Shown here piece after piece: positions 27,201 to 37,175 of a stretch of 49,672 nucleotides of DNA. The notes beneath the pieces were generated by a model. The model saw only the letters and a program-made list of their open reading frames with translations. It did not search any database and was not told the DNA's origin. Position 1 is the first letter of the stretch; every line of letters begins with the position of its first letter. Origin of the DNA: Bacteroidota bacterium (GTDB taxonomy: Bacteria; Bacteroidota; Bacteroidia; Flavobacteriales_D; Sanyastnellaceae). The stretch spans positions 1-49,672 of the forward strand of contig JBDLUK010000130.1 of assembly GCA_039805365.1 (NCBI GenBank), read 5' to 3'. The position numbers and the translations under genes were made by a program.

Positions 27201-28540
27201 TACAATCCTCCTGTCCCGTTGTACAAATTCAATTTTCCTTTCAACTTCACCTTCAATACTGACATAACAGGATCCTGCCAAGCTTGCGATTTGGGCAAAT
27301 CGATGAACAACAAACCTGGCTTGTCACTCCAAGAAATTTTACCGACAACATGGCTCGGCACTAGGGTATTCATTCCCAAAACTTCAATTGATTCAACATC
27401 ATTCTTCAAACCACGAATGTGTATGTCTCCGGATGCATGCGCTGGCAAAAATAAATACAAGGTGGTTGAATCCTTTGAAAGTGTGGAGGGACCATAATAA
27501 TGTCCAGGACCAATTCCCCCGACCGTGCCAAAAATTGCTTCATCGTGTTTCGAAGTCCATCGGCCCATGTCTTCCAAAATCTTCACTTGTTGCGGAGGTA
27601 TCGTCCCATCTGCCATTGGGCCTATGTCCAACAAAAGATTTCCGCCATTTGCGATGACATCAGCAAAAATGGTGATGATCTCTTGAGATGATTTCCAGTG
27701 GTTGTCATTGAATTGAAAGCCCCAATTATTGTTTGTAGTTAAACACAACTCCCAATATTTCTCTTTGGGCCTTAGAACAGGAAAATTCTGCTCCGGTGTA
27801 TCATAGTCTCCCTGATCCGGAAGGCGAGCGTTGATAATAACGTTCTCATTTTGATTGCGCAACATTTCGCTCAATTGTTTGGCCTTCCACTCCTCTGCTG
27901 AATGTTCCCATCCGCCATCAAACCACCAAAGATCTGGATTTTGCTCTACCATCAATTCCGACAACTGTTGTTGGTTATAAGTACAAAATCGTTCCCACCT
28001 TTCAGGATCGTTTTTAATTTGATATCGAGTACTATCCTTGGTGAATCCGGGATAATCAGGATGTGACCAATCCAAAATTGAATAATAGACCCCCAACTTC
28101 AATCCCTCAGCCCTAACCGCCTTGGCAAATGGTGTGAATAAATCTCTATTTGCCGGGGCACGCTTTGCCGCAGATAATGGCAGACTTTTTCTATTGGATT
28201 TTTCAGGAATGGCCTTGGTATCCCAGAGCGCGACACCATCATGGTGCTTGCTGGTTAGCACTGTATATCTTGCACCACTGGCTTTAATCAATCTGGCCCA
28301 CTCCTCAGGTTTATAATTCTCAGCTTTCCATCTGTTGAGCTGACTCATGTATACTGGATAAGGAACTTTCTTGTTATAAAATGCCCACGACTCGTCTGTA
28401 CCATCCACAGCATATATTCCCCAATGAATAAAAATGCCCAATTTGGCATCTCCAAACCATTCCATCTTTTGACTTTGAGAAAAATTCAGATGGGAATGAA
28501 ACAGCACCAACGAGAGAATAACACAACTTCTTAGATTCAT
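27200..28540 (-). CDS. Secreted alpha-L-fucosidase (GH29-like)
   Basis: Signal peptide, then WFGDAKLGIFIHWGIYA and SKHHDGVALWDT, both characteristic of GH29. Confidence 0.85.
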   Translation of the reverse strand: MNLRSCVILSLVLFHSHLNFSQSQKMEWFGDAKLGIFIHWGIYAVDGTDESWAFYNKKVPYPVYMSQLNRWKAENYKPEEWARLIKASGARYTVLTSKHHDGVALWDTKAIPEKSNRKSLPLSAAKRAPANRDLFTPFAKAVRAEGLKLGVYYSILDWSHPDYPGFTKDSTRYQIKNDPERWERFCTYNQQQLSELMVEQNPDLWWFDGGWEHSAEEWKAKQLSEMLRNQNENVIINARLPDQGDYDTPEQNFPVLRPKEKYWELCLTTNNNWGFQFNDNHWKSSQEIITIFADVIANGGNLLLDIGPMADGTIPPQQVKILEDMGRWTSKHDEAIFGTVGGIGPGHYYGPSTLSKDSTTLYLFLPAHASGDIHIRGLKNDVESIEVLGMNTLVPSHVVGKISWSDKPGLLFIDLPKSQAWQDPVMSVLKVKLKGKLNLYNGTGGL

Positions 28541-28576
28541 TTAGCTAAAATAACCGAGTTTCAAATAACTTGCGGC

Positions 28577-29947
28577 ATGAATTTAAAATTGCTCATTCTC
28601 CTATCTGGACCTGTTTTGGGCACTTTGGTTGCTTCTTCACTTTACCTCTCATTTGGGCTACCCATGAGCATCACCGCAGGCATGGTGTCTTGGATGCTGA
28701 TTTGGTGGTTATCTGAAGCAATTCCGATGTCAATCACTGCGCTATTGCCCATTCTTATTTTGAGCAGTACAGGGATTTTACCCGTACAAGAATGTTACAA
28801 AGAATACAGTGATCGTTTTGTTTTTCTTTTTCTTGGAGGCTTCTTGCTTTCACTAGCTTTTGAGAAGTGTAAATTGCATGAGCGACTTTCCCATTTCATT
28901 TTATCAAAAGTGGGCGAGAGTCCACAGGCCATTCTGCTAGGATTTATGTGTGCCACGTATTTGATCAGCATGTGGATTTCAAATACTGCAACTGCTATCA
29001 TGATGATGCCACTGGCCATTGGTATTACAAATAGTTCGACCAAAGAAAGCCATTTCTTCTCCCGATCATTGGTACTTGGCATTGCCTATGCTGCAAGCAT
29101 AGGTGGGATGGCAACGATATTAGGTTCTCCACCTAACGCGGCCCTTGCTGGAATTTTAGAATCCCAATTCAATCAAGAAGTCAGTTTTTTTGATTGGATG
29201 ATGTGGGGAACACCATTTAGCCTTTTGTTGTTATTTATTACATACTTCATTTTGAAAAGCGGCATCAAGAAGCACAAGGATGAAAAGATACATACCGATC
29301 AATGGATTAATCATCAACTCCCACCAATGAGCTTTGAGCAAAAAGCGACCATGGCAATTTTTCTTATAACCGCAGGTCTTTGGATTTTTCAGCAGCCCAT
29401 TTCCATGTTATTGGGTCATTGGTTTAACGACACTTATATCGCGTTGATGGCTGGCATAGCATTGTTTATTCCATTCAAAGAAAACGCACTACTTCAATGG
29501 AGAGATACCGAAAGATTGCCATGGGGAATTTTATTGATGTTTGGAGGCGGATTAACGATGGCTGCAGGATGTAAAGCCGCAGGATGGATGGACTGGGTAG
29601 GAGGACTTTTTCATGGTGTATCTCCTGATTCCATTTATTTTCAATTGTCCATCATATTTGTTAGCATCTTGCTCACGGCACTGATGAGCAATTTGGCGAT
29701 GATCGCTGTTTTCATTCCTATTGTTGGGCAAATTGCAATTGACTTACATATCAACCCTTGGTTGCTAGCGCTTCCTGTTGGATTGGCTGCAGGATGTGAT
29801 TTTATGTTTCCAATGAGCACGCCACCCAATGCCATAGCATACAGCAGTGGTTTTGTGAAATCCAAAGAGATGTTCAGAATTGGGATAATGGTAAATCTAG
29901 CAGCAGGCGGATTGCTTTTGCTGTTAATGCAATTGATTCCCAACTAA
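28577..29947 (+). CDS. SLC13/DASS family anion:sodium symporter
   Basis: Polytopic membrane protein with duplicated hairpin motifs (WISNTATAIMM; GSPPNAALAG; MSTPPNAIAY). Confidence 0.85.
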   Translation: MNLKLLILLSGPVLGTLVASSLYLSFGLPMSITAGMVSWMLIWWLSEAIPMSITALLPILILSSTGILPVQECYKEYSDRFVFLFLGGFLLSLAFEKCKLHERLSHFILSKVGESPQAILLGFMCATYLISMWISNTATAIMMMPLAIGITNSSTKESHFFSRSLVLGIAYAASIGGMATILGSPPNAALAGILESQFNQEVSFFDWMMWGTPFSLLLLFITYFILKSGIKKHKDEKIHTDQWINHQLPPMSFEQKATMAIFLITAGLWIFQQPISMLLGHWFNDTYIALMAGIALFIPFKENALLQWRDTERLPWGILLMFGGGLTMAAGCKAAGWMDWVGGLFHGVSPDSIYFQLSIIFVSILLTALMSNLAMIAVFIPIVGQIAIDLHINPWLLALPVGLAAGCDFMFPMSTPPNAIAYSSGFVKSKEMFRIGIMVNLAAGGLLLLLMQLIPN

Positions 29948-30588
29948 CGCTTAACCGCGTATACGATTTTTTTTGTTTCAAAAAATTCCAACTGAAAAGT
30001 ATCAGAGATTGAATACTGTTCTACGATATGCGATGATGATACAGCCTTGATCTCTTCTCTCAGATCTCCTCCCTTTAAACAAATCAAGCCGTTGGGCAAG
30101 GCATTTTTTTGAGCACCTGAATATTTACCCTTGGTCCAGCTTAATAATTCCGCAAGAGGAGCCACCGCTCTGCTCACGACAAAATCAAACTGTCCCTTTA
30201 CTTCCTCAACACGTGCATGTTGGGTAGTGACATTTTTCAATCCCAACGCAGCGGAAACTTCATTGACCACTTTAATCTTCTTTCCTATGGAATCAACCAA
30301 ATGAAAGTGGACTTCCGGAAAAACGATAGCCAAGGGAATACCTGGAAAACCTCCTCCCGTGCCCAAATCAAGAATTCGAGAACCTGGCTGAAATTTTAAT
30401 AATGTCACCAAAGACAAACTATGCAAAACATGGTGCATGTAGAACGAATCCATGTCCTTTCTTGAAATGACATTGATCTGTTGATTCCAAACTTCATATA
30501 AATCCTTCGTAGCTACCAATTGATTCAATTGACTTTCGTCCAAATCGGGAAGAATTTTATTGACTTGTTTTAAAAAATTCTCTTTCAT
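29944..30588 (-). CDS. rsmG: 16S rRNA (guanine527-N7)-methyltransferase
   Basis: SAM motif LDLGTGGGFPGIPLAI and ~214-aa GidB-like length. TAATG overlap with the upstream sigma gene. Confidence 0.9.
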   Translation of the reverse strand: MKENFLKQVNKILPDLDESQLNQLVATKDLYEVWNQQINVISRKDMDSFYMHHVLHSLSLVTLLKFQPGSRILDLGTGGGFPGIPLAIVFPEVHFHLVDSIGKKIKVVNEVSAALGLKNVTTQHARVEEVKGQFDFVVSRAVAPLAELLSWTKGKYSGAQKNALPNGLICLKGGDLREEIKAVSSSHIVEQYSISDTFQLEFFETKKIVYAVKR

Positions 30589-31184
30589 TATTTTGTTCCT
30601 CCCAATAATTCTTGAAGTAAATCCTTGGCACGAAATAATTGGGCTTTAACTGTACCCAAAGGCAATTTCATTTCCTCTGCAATTTCCTCGTATGACTTCT
30701 CTTCAAAATACCTCAACTCAATCATTCGCTTGTAATGAGGTTTCAATTGATCGACTACCGCCCTAACATTACTGATGCTCTGGTTTCTTTGCATTTGCTG
30801 CTCCGGATTAAGCTGATCATCCTTAATTGGAATCTCATATTGATCCCCGTCTTCACCTCTTCCAGTCTGATGAATCGATATCGCTTTGATGCGTTTCTTT
30901 CGGAGAAAATCGATACAGTGATTAGAGGCGATTTTAAACAACCAAGTAGAAAAAGCAAATTGAGGAGTATAAGAATCCAATCGCGCAAATGCCTTACTAA
31001 AAGCCTCAATGGTCAAATCCTCCGCATCCTCTGTATTCTGAACCATTTTAAAAATGGTGTAGTAAAGAGATTCTCTGTATCGAGACATCAATTTAGCAAA
31101 AGCTTGCTGATCCTTCAATTTGGCCTTCTGCACCAAATGAAAGTCTTCTTGGGCCTTGGATGAAAGGTGCGCTATCAACTCCAT
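30588..31184 (-). CDS. ECF-type sigma-70 family sigma factor
   Basis: Region 2 (DAEDLTIEAFSKAF..FSTWLFKIASNHCIDFLRKKR) and region 4 (YEEIAEEMKLPLGTVKAQLFRAKDLL). I prefer the start at ATG 31184 (MELIAHL), which overlaps the glycosyltransferase stop by 10 nt. Confidence 0.85.
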   Translation of the reverse strand: MELIAHLSSKAQEDFHLVQKAKLKDQQAFAKLMSRYRESLYYTIFKMVQNTEDAEDLTIEAFSKAFARLDSYTPQFAFSTWLFKIASNHCIDFLRKKRIKAISIHQTGRGEDGDQYEIPIKDDQLNPEQQMQRNQSISNVRAVVDQLKPHYKRMIELRYFEEKSYEEIAEEMKLPLGTVKAQLFRAKDLLQELLGGTK

Positions 31185-32350
31185 TTTTGAGGTTTTCGAA
31201 TTAGATTGCTCATGTACAAAATTACATGAAGAAAATTCAGTTGCACTTCCAAAATAGGAGCCAACCATGCAACATCCTTATTTTGATCCGACACTTTTGC
31301 AAATCGATAAGTCACCATTACCAAAATCGTCCAACGAAGCAACAACACACCTGCGACATACCAAAATTGAGGCATCAAAATCAACCACGACAAAACAAAT
31401 GCATGCAATGCGAACCATGAAAATGGCAACATTGCTAACCTTCGTTTATCCGAAGAACGATACATAGGTGAGGTGGTGAAATGTCTTCTTTTCTGAATTT
31501 TCCATTCTGACATGGTTTTCTTCGCTGGCGATATCGTTTGAGAATCCTTGTCATAGGCCACAACGCAATTGGCCTTGGTAGCAATTTGATTGATCAGCAA
31601 ATCATCATCACCACTCGTGAGACTGTAATGACTTTTAAATCCACCTACTTTGAAAAACAAATCTGTGTTGTAACTCAAATTTCGTCCTACCCCCATGTAT
31701 GGCAAACCAGCTTTGGCCAAACCCAAATATTGCATTCCCACCCAAACATTGTCAAAACGAGCCAATTTATTTAACCAGCCCAACTGCTTTTTAAAAGGAG
31801 AATATCCCAAGACTACCTGCTTTCCATCTTTGTATTTCGCAACAATTGACGACAACCAATCTTGTGATCGAGGATAACAATCTGCATCTGTCAAAACTAC
31901 AATATCATTCTTGGCAGCTTTGATGCCTAATGTTAAAGCAAACTTTTTTCCCTGCATGTTTTGTTTGTCTTCATCGATATGAATCACATGCATTTTGGGA
32001 TAATTGATAGACAATGCTTTTAATATGTCAGCGGTATCGTCATAGCTTGAGTCATTGACAACAATCAATTCAAAGTTCGGATAATCCTGTTCCATCAATC
32101 TAGGAACATTGATCATTAGATTATTCTCCTCATTTCTCGCGCAAACGATTACACTCACTCCTGGCTGTTTCAAAGCTCTTTCATCCGCCTTGATTTTGCC
32201 CAATGGTGCAAAATAGCGTATGAAATAAAAAAGCTGCACCAACCAAAAAAAACAAATCCCACACAATACGAACCATGCCCATAAGGGGAAGTATCCATAT
32301 TCTTTTTCGATCCAGATCCAATTAGATTCCATTCTTGCAAATTTACCCAT
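31175..32350 (-). CDS. Membrane-bound family-2 glycosyltransferase
   Basis: N-terminal TM, GT-A core VSVIVCARNEE..LIVVNDSSYDDT, DxD-like VLTDADC, and C-terminal TM helices. Confidence 0.8.
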   Translation of the reverse strand: MGKFARMESNWIWIEKEYGYFPLWAWFVLCGICFFWLVQLFYFIRYFAPLGKIKADERALKQPGVSVIVCARNEENNLMINVPRLMEQDYPNFELIVVNDSSYDDTADILKALSINYPKMHVIHIDEDKQNMQGKKFALTLGIKAAKNDIVVLTDADCYPRSQDWLSSIVAKYKDGKQVVLGYSPFKKQLGWLNKLARFDNVWVGMQYLGLAKAGLPYMGVGRNLSYNTDLFFKVGGFKSHYSLTSGDDDLLINQIATKANCVVAYDKDSQTISPAKKTMSEWKIQKRRHFTTSPMYRSSDKRRLAMLPFSWFALHAFVLSWLILMPQFWYVAGVLLLRWTILVMVTYRFAKVSDQNKDVAWLAPILEVQLNFLHVILYMSNLIRKPQKWS

Positions 32351-32365
32351 TCACCAAGGTGGTAT

Positions 32366-32396
32366 AAAAAAAAAGGCCCTCAAAGAAGGCCTTTTT
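32366..32396 (-). terminator. Hairpin terminator after the protease gene
   Basis: Sequence aaaaaggcc-N9-ggccttttt, flanked by an A-run and a T-run. It lies between the protease stop (32414) and the GT2 start (32350). Confidence 0.55.
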
Positions 32397-32413
32397 ATTC
32401 ACAATACAATCCA

Positions 32414-34924
32414 TCAGTGTTTTATTACCAAGTGCAATGTTTCAGCAGTGGTTTTTCCAATTACGCGAACATGGTAAATGCCTTCTGACAAAGACGATGT
32501 TTTCAATTGAATCTTATTGGTATTCATTGTGGTCCAAACAGAAATAATTTGTCCAATACCATTCATCAATTGAATTTGAACCTCATCACCAAATGAAGAA
32601 GGAATCATCAAGTAAGCTGCATCCTGCGCTGGATTTGGATATACGGTCAATTCATCCTCGATTTGGGCTTCGATAACTTGGGTTCCGCCATTGCAATCAA
32701 CCTCGTTCATCGAAATATCATCCACATAAATATTATTACCATAACCATTGGTTGCAATGAATTTCACAAACAAATTTTGACCAAATCGATTGCTCAAATC
32801 CACACACTCCGTTCTCCAATCTGCAGCGGCTGGGCTTGTGTAATCTTGGGTACTGTTTGCTGCTGTTGCCAATGTCGCGCCTGCCTTATCATACAAAATC
32901 TCCCAAGGCCCTTCGCAGGAAGTTGAAACAGCAACTTGAAGCTGATCTGAATATTGATTGTTATATCTAACATGTGCTACTTTAAAATTCAAAGAAACCG
33001 AGTTGCTATTTATAGCAAAAGGAGTTGTTACAAACTCATCCACCTCTCCTTGAACATCATAATTGAAGCAATCGTATTTCAAAACACCGCCTCCATTTGC
33101 TACAGAAGTTTGAGCCCAAGTGATTCCACCGTCATTGTTGTTCAACTGCCAACCACTATAGGGAAAAGAAGTTGCTGTAAAATTATTGCTGTAAGGCAGA
33201 GCTGCCGCAGCTCCTGCATTAATGTAATTCACTGAAGAAGTCAAAGAATTGTTGTTAAGATTTTCATCCGTTCCATTATTTGGATTGAGCAAAGTCACCA
33301 CCAAAGTATTATTTCCAGATGCAAGTGCCTGAGCCGGCAAATCAATAATTTCTGATTGCCCTTGGGACAATGATCCCGACCAAGATTGGGTTTGCGATGC
33401 ACCATTGTTCCATTGGTATTGAATGGTCACATTGGTCAAATCTGCAGATCCTTGATTCAATATGGTAACGGATGGGGTAACAGATGCATTGCAAGTGGAG
33501 GTCGGAACATTTCCAATAGCGGAGGCATTGGCATCCAAAGCTGCTGAAACGAAGCCGTCAGGATATCCATCTAGAACCAAAACGCCTGAATTCCCTGGGT
33601 CCAACCATTCTTTCAAACGAGCTGCTGCTGTTGCTCCTGCATCCCAAGACACGCCAAATCTTCCATAAGAATCTCCTTCTCCATTTTCCGAATTACCAGA
33701 ACATCCAGACAATCCACCATACAACTGACCGATGATTCGGTGATTTTGATCAAACAATGGACTACCTGAAGATCCACCCTCCGTAATTCCATCATCCCAT
33801 TGTTGAACATCCCATGTCTGAGCGCCTGCCCAAGTGCCTTGCGGCACCGCTTCATTTTCAAAACTAATCTTTTTCAAATCGCCCGAAGGGTGATGAATTC
33901 CTACAGCGCTGGTAACGTTTGTCGCGTCCGACGCATCCCAGCCCGCATATTGCACATTATAAGACGCCGGAGGTATGGAGTTCAATTCTAAAAGACAAAA
34001 ATCCGAACCTGCATTCTTTGCGCGCAATACAGAACCCGAGACGGTTTGATTGGTTGGACCTGTTGTTCCTGTGCACCCCGCTGTTTCGTGGTTAAAAACA
34101 AAAACCCAAGAGCCCACGGTATTGCTGTAGCAATGATTGGCTGTCAAAAAATAAGGTGTTCCATCATTGGCAGTATTGTTGACCAATGAACCTGTGCACA
34201 AGGCAGACCCTCCTGAAAGAATCATCGCAACCGAACGTTTCTCTACTTGCCAATCCGCACCAACTGCACAGTTCACATTGTTATTGCAATTTCCTGAAGT
34301 GCCATAAGGACCCCGCTGTGCAATATCATCATCAAAGTGACTCAAAAGCACCGGACGATAGCCATGTACTATCTGCCCGACTTCTAACTGAACTTCATGC
34401 ATTCTGCTAATTGGAACTTGTAATTCAATAATCACCTCATCGCTGTGGAGAATAGTGGTTCCCAAAACATTGACATCCGAATTATTCTTTTCATTGAACG
34501 ATCCGATAAACTCGTCGCGATTAGAAGTCCATAAAAACAACGACGCTCCTTTGATCAAATGATACTTAGAGAAAACAAAATTCATGGTACGCGCACCTGA
34601 ACATTTTACACCCATTGTCCAAATGGCCAAATCTTGGTCTTGCAAAAAACTCCAAGAACCTGAATTCGCGGTATTGTATTCTACTTCAAACTCAACCCCA
34701 AAACGATAAGGTGCTGATTTCACTTGATCCACCACAGCATCCTCTTGTTGCAGCTGGGTAAGATTGATTGATGGCATTTCCAAAAATGAAATTCCATTTG
34801 ACAATCTCTTGTCAGACCATTGAAAAGGCTCCCCACCTTGGCTTACTTGTGACCATGTCAAGGTTGTTCCCAATGTACACAATACAAGAAGTATTGTCTT
34901 TAAAAAATTAGTACACATATTCAC
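32414..34924 (-). CDS. Secreted trypsin-fold (S1) serine endopeptidase with T9SS type-A C-terminal sorting domain
   Basis: Signal peptide. Catalytic triad in the order LTANHC (His), DFCLLEL (Asp), GGSSGSPLF (Ser). The C-terminal ~80 aa (LTVYPNPAQDAAYL..GIYHVRVIG..LHLVIKH) match Por_Secre_tail. The start is GTG 34924 or ATG 34918. Confidence 0.8.
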   Translation of the reverse strand: MNMCTNFLKTILLVLCTLGTTLTWSQVSQGGEPFQWSDKRLSNGISFLEMPSINLTQLQQEDAVVDQVKSAPYRFGVEFEVEYNTANSGSWSFLQDQDLAIWTMGVKCSGARTMNFVFSKYHLIKGASLFLWTSNRDEFIGSFNEKNNSDVNVLGTTILHSDEVIIELQVPISRMHEVQLEVGQIVHGYRPVLLSHFDDDIAQRGPYGTSGNCNNNVNCAVGADWQVEKRSVAMILSGGSALCTGSLVNNTANDGTPYFLTANHCYSNTVGSWVFVFNHETAGCTGTTGPTNQTVSGSVLRAKNAGSDFCLLELNSIPPASYNVQYAGWDASDATNVTSAVGIHHPSGDLKKISFENEAVPQGTWAGAQTWDVQQWDDGITEGGSSGSPLFDQNHRIIGQLYGGLSGCSGNSENGEGDSYGRFGVSWDAGATAAARLKEWLDPGNSGVLVLDGYPDGFVSAALDANASAIGNVPTSTCNASVTPSVTILNQGSADLTNVTIQYQWNNGASQTQSWSGSLSQGQSEIIDLPAQALASGNNTLVVTLLNPNNGTDENLNNNSLTSSVNYINAGAAAALPYSNNFTATSFPYSGWQLNNNDGGITWAQTSVANGGGVLKYDCFNYDVQGEVDEFVTTPFAINSNSVSLNFKVAHVRYNNQYSDQLQVAVSTSCEGPWEILYDKAGATLATAANSTQDYTSPAAADWRTECVDLSNRFGQNLFVKFIATNGYGNNIYVDDISMNEVDCNGGTQVIEAQIEDELTVYPNPAQDAAYLMIPSSFGDEVQIQLMNGIGQIISVWTTMNTNKIQLKTSSLSEGIYHVRVIGKTTAETLHLVIKH

Positions 34925-34960
34925 TTATTTGATTACCGCAATATACTTCTTATTCAAATA

Positions 34961-34989
34961 AAAAAGGAGAGCAATGCTCTCCTTTTTTT
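34961..34989 (-). terminator. Hairpin terminator after the Cys-motif cargo gene
   Basis: Sequence aaaaa-ggagagc-aat-gctctcc-ttttttt. Confidence 0.7.
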
Positions 34990-35005
34990 CTTTAATCTTC
35001 TATAA

Positions 35006-37111
35006 CTAAAGTTTGATGACTCGGGTCAATTTTGATTCATTTTGGATGATTAACTTAACAAAGAAAATTCCTGTTTCACTCTCGATTCCTTCCACAATAA
35101 AATTAGCGTTTCCATTGGTTGTGAATGACTTCTCGCTTACCAATCTACCATCTGCTGCAAACACCTGATATTTTGCCAACTCGTTTTGATTCAATCCAGA
35201 GACATTCAACCAAACTATGTCATTGCTTGGATTTGGGAAAACTTTCACTTCCCAATTTGAATTCAACGACATTCCAGAATTCCAGTTGATGGTATCATTG
35301 TCATTGAACATGCAAGAGCCATCAGATTGGGTTGCCCATGAATTATAATTCAATGCAGTGCTGTCCATACATCCCCAAATCTCCTCGGTACACATACCAC
35401 CTACACTGAAACTACCCCAACTTGTACTGCCCCAATCCAAAGTAGCTTGAAAATTGGTAACTCCCATAAAGTCAGATAAAATCAAATAGCCACCGTTCCA
35501 ACCATCTCCCCAACTGTCCTCCATTTGTACTGTATAACAATCTGGCGCTAAACAAGCAAAATCCAAAAATGCTGCATTCGAAGTAGTTCCTTCAAATGTG
35601 TAAACAGCCTCACCGAGTGAATTTAAAATTTCAAATGACATTTCATTTCCCCAAGAACCGGTTGAACCTTGGATATATGAAAATCCATTGGGACAATCTG
35701 AAGAAAAGACACATGTATTGTCATTTTCAGTTGCCATCGGATTGTAATTCATCGCATTCACATCGGTACAACCTGCAACAACAAAACCTGTGGGATCATT
35801 TACGCAAAAGGTATTCACTGAATACAACAACTGAGACGTTGTAAAAGTGTAAATCTCGTTATTATTCACTTGAATAGTTAATGTATCAGATGAAGGATTC
35901 GCATCCCAAGTATTCAACTGAACAAAAAAGCAACCATCATTGACACAAGCATAATTAGATTGACCAACGTAGGTATAGCCCACCATACCGTTATTTTCAT
36001 CTATGATGGTGTAGTAATCAGAATAGTTTCCACTTTCAGCAGTAGATTCAAAATAAATCATATTCATGTTGCCACACATGTTCGGATACAAACAATTGGT
36101 ATTTATTGTGGCTTCGGCCATATAATTCAATGCATTCATATCCGTACAGCCATAAACAGGGTATACACAAGAGCTATCGCTCAAATTGGCTTGCGGATTG
36201 TAATTCATCGCCCATGTGTCCGTACAGCCCAAAACTATAGGAACATTGCAAGCACCAAACATACTGAAGTTGGCCTCCTCGCTGGTTGAATTTGCGTCAA
36301 GAGACTGATTGATCACCTGCGTACCTCCAACGGTAATCCAAAAATAACCATTGTTCCAACCTGTAAGACCTGCATTGTTGGTCATTAGCGCGGTGTAGCA
36401 CATATCACTTTCTAGACAAATATTGGTATTATAAATAGCTCCATTGTTCAAGATGGGAGAGTTAAAAATTGAAACACCATTGCTATCCAAAATACTGAGA
36501 TTGATTTGGTTTCCATTGGCAAAAGCGCAGATGTACAAATGCGCGTAAGCACCTTCACTGCAATAAACACAAGAGCTGTCATTTTGAGTAGCCGAAGCAT
36601 TGTAGTTCATCGCGTACGGATCAGTGCATCCCAAGTAAATACAATTGCCATCACTCATTATTGCTGCGGGATCGTAATTGGCTGCTGCAGGATCCAAACA
36701 ACCTACAGGAATTGAACTTTGACATCCCATGGCATCCATTGCGATGGTGAAAACCATATCCGAACCCGAAGCCAATGTTCCAGAAAAAATAGACTGTCCA
36801 TCTAAGATCAAATCCATGGTGCCACCATTCCAACCATCACCAAAGGAATCATGCAAATGCATGGTGTAACATCCTGAAGGCAAACATTGCGTTAGTGTGA
36901 ATGCTTGGTTGTTGCCATAACCTCCACCGCCATTAACGGGTTGATTGGCCTCATTGAGCAAAGTCCAAGACATCTCACTACCCCAAGAGCCAGAAGAAAT
37001 ATTCATTTGCAAATAATGCAAAGTATCTCCACAAGGCTGATCTTGAGCGTAAATCTTTCCTCCTCCAAAAATGGATAAAAGCAAAAGAACAAGAAAGTAT
37101 TTTTTCATCAT
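35006..37111 (-). CDS. Mosaic Cys-motif secreted protein with T9SS type-A C-terminal sorting domain
   Basis: Signal peptide. Six copies of G-C-x-D-x2-A-x-N-Y-x3-A-x3-(D/N)-x-(S/T/N)-C-x-(Y/F). Two SWG(S/N)EMS...DS(F/W)GDGWNGG modules. C-terminus VKVFPNPSNDIVWLNV..GIFFVKLII..RVIKL. Confidence 0.75.
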   Translation of the reverse strand: MMKKYFLVLLLLSIFGGGKIYAQDQPCGDTLHYLQMNISSGSWGSEMSWTLLNEANQPVNGGGGYGNNQAFTLTQCLPSGCYTMHLHDSFGDGWNGGTMDLILDGQSIFSGTLASGSDMVFTIAMDAMGCQSSIPVGCLDPAAANYDPAAIMSDGNCIYLGCTDPYAMNYNASATQNDSSCVYCSEGAYAHLYICAFANGNQINLSILDSNGVSIFNSPILNNGAIYNTNICLESDMCYTALMTNNAGLTGWNNGYFWITVGGTQVINQSLDANSTSEEANFSMFGACNVPIVLGCTDTWAMNYNPQANLSDSSCVYPVYGCTDMNALNYMAEATINTNCLYPNMCGNMNMIYFESTAESGNYSDYYTIIDENNGMVGYTYVGQSNYACVNDGCFFVQLNTWDANPSSDTLTIQVNNNEIYTFTTSQLLYSVNTFCVNDPTGFVVAGCTDVNAMNYNPMATENDNTCVFSSDCPNGFSYIQGSTGSWGNEMSFEILNSLGEAVYTFEGTTSNAAFLDFACLAPDCYTVQMEDSWGDGWNGGYLILSDFMGVTNFQATLDWGSTSWGSFSVGGMCTEEIWGCMDSTALNYNSWATQSDGSCMFNDNDTINWNSGMSLNSNWEVKVFPNPSNDIVWLNVSGLNQNELAKYQVFAADGRLVSEKSFTTNGNANFIVEGIESETGIFFVKLIIQNESKLTRVIKL

Positions 37112-37175
37112 ATGGCTAAAATATTCGGAAATTGAGATAATAATCTTAAACCGTTCTTTTTTAACAGTTTAATTT

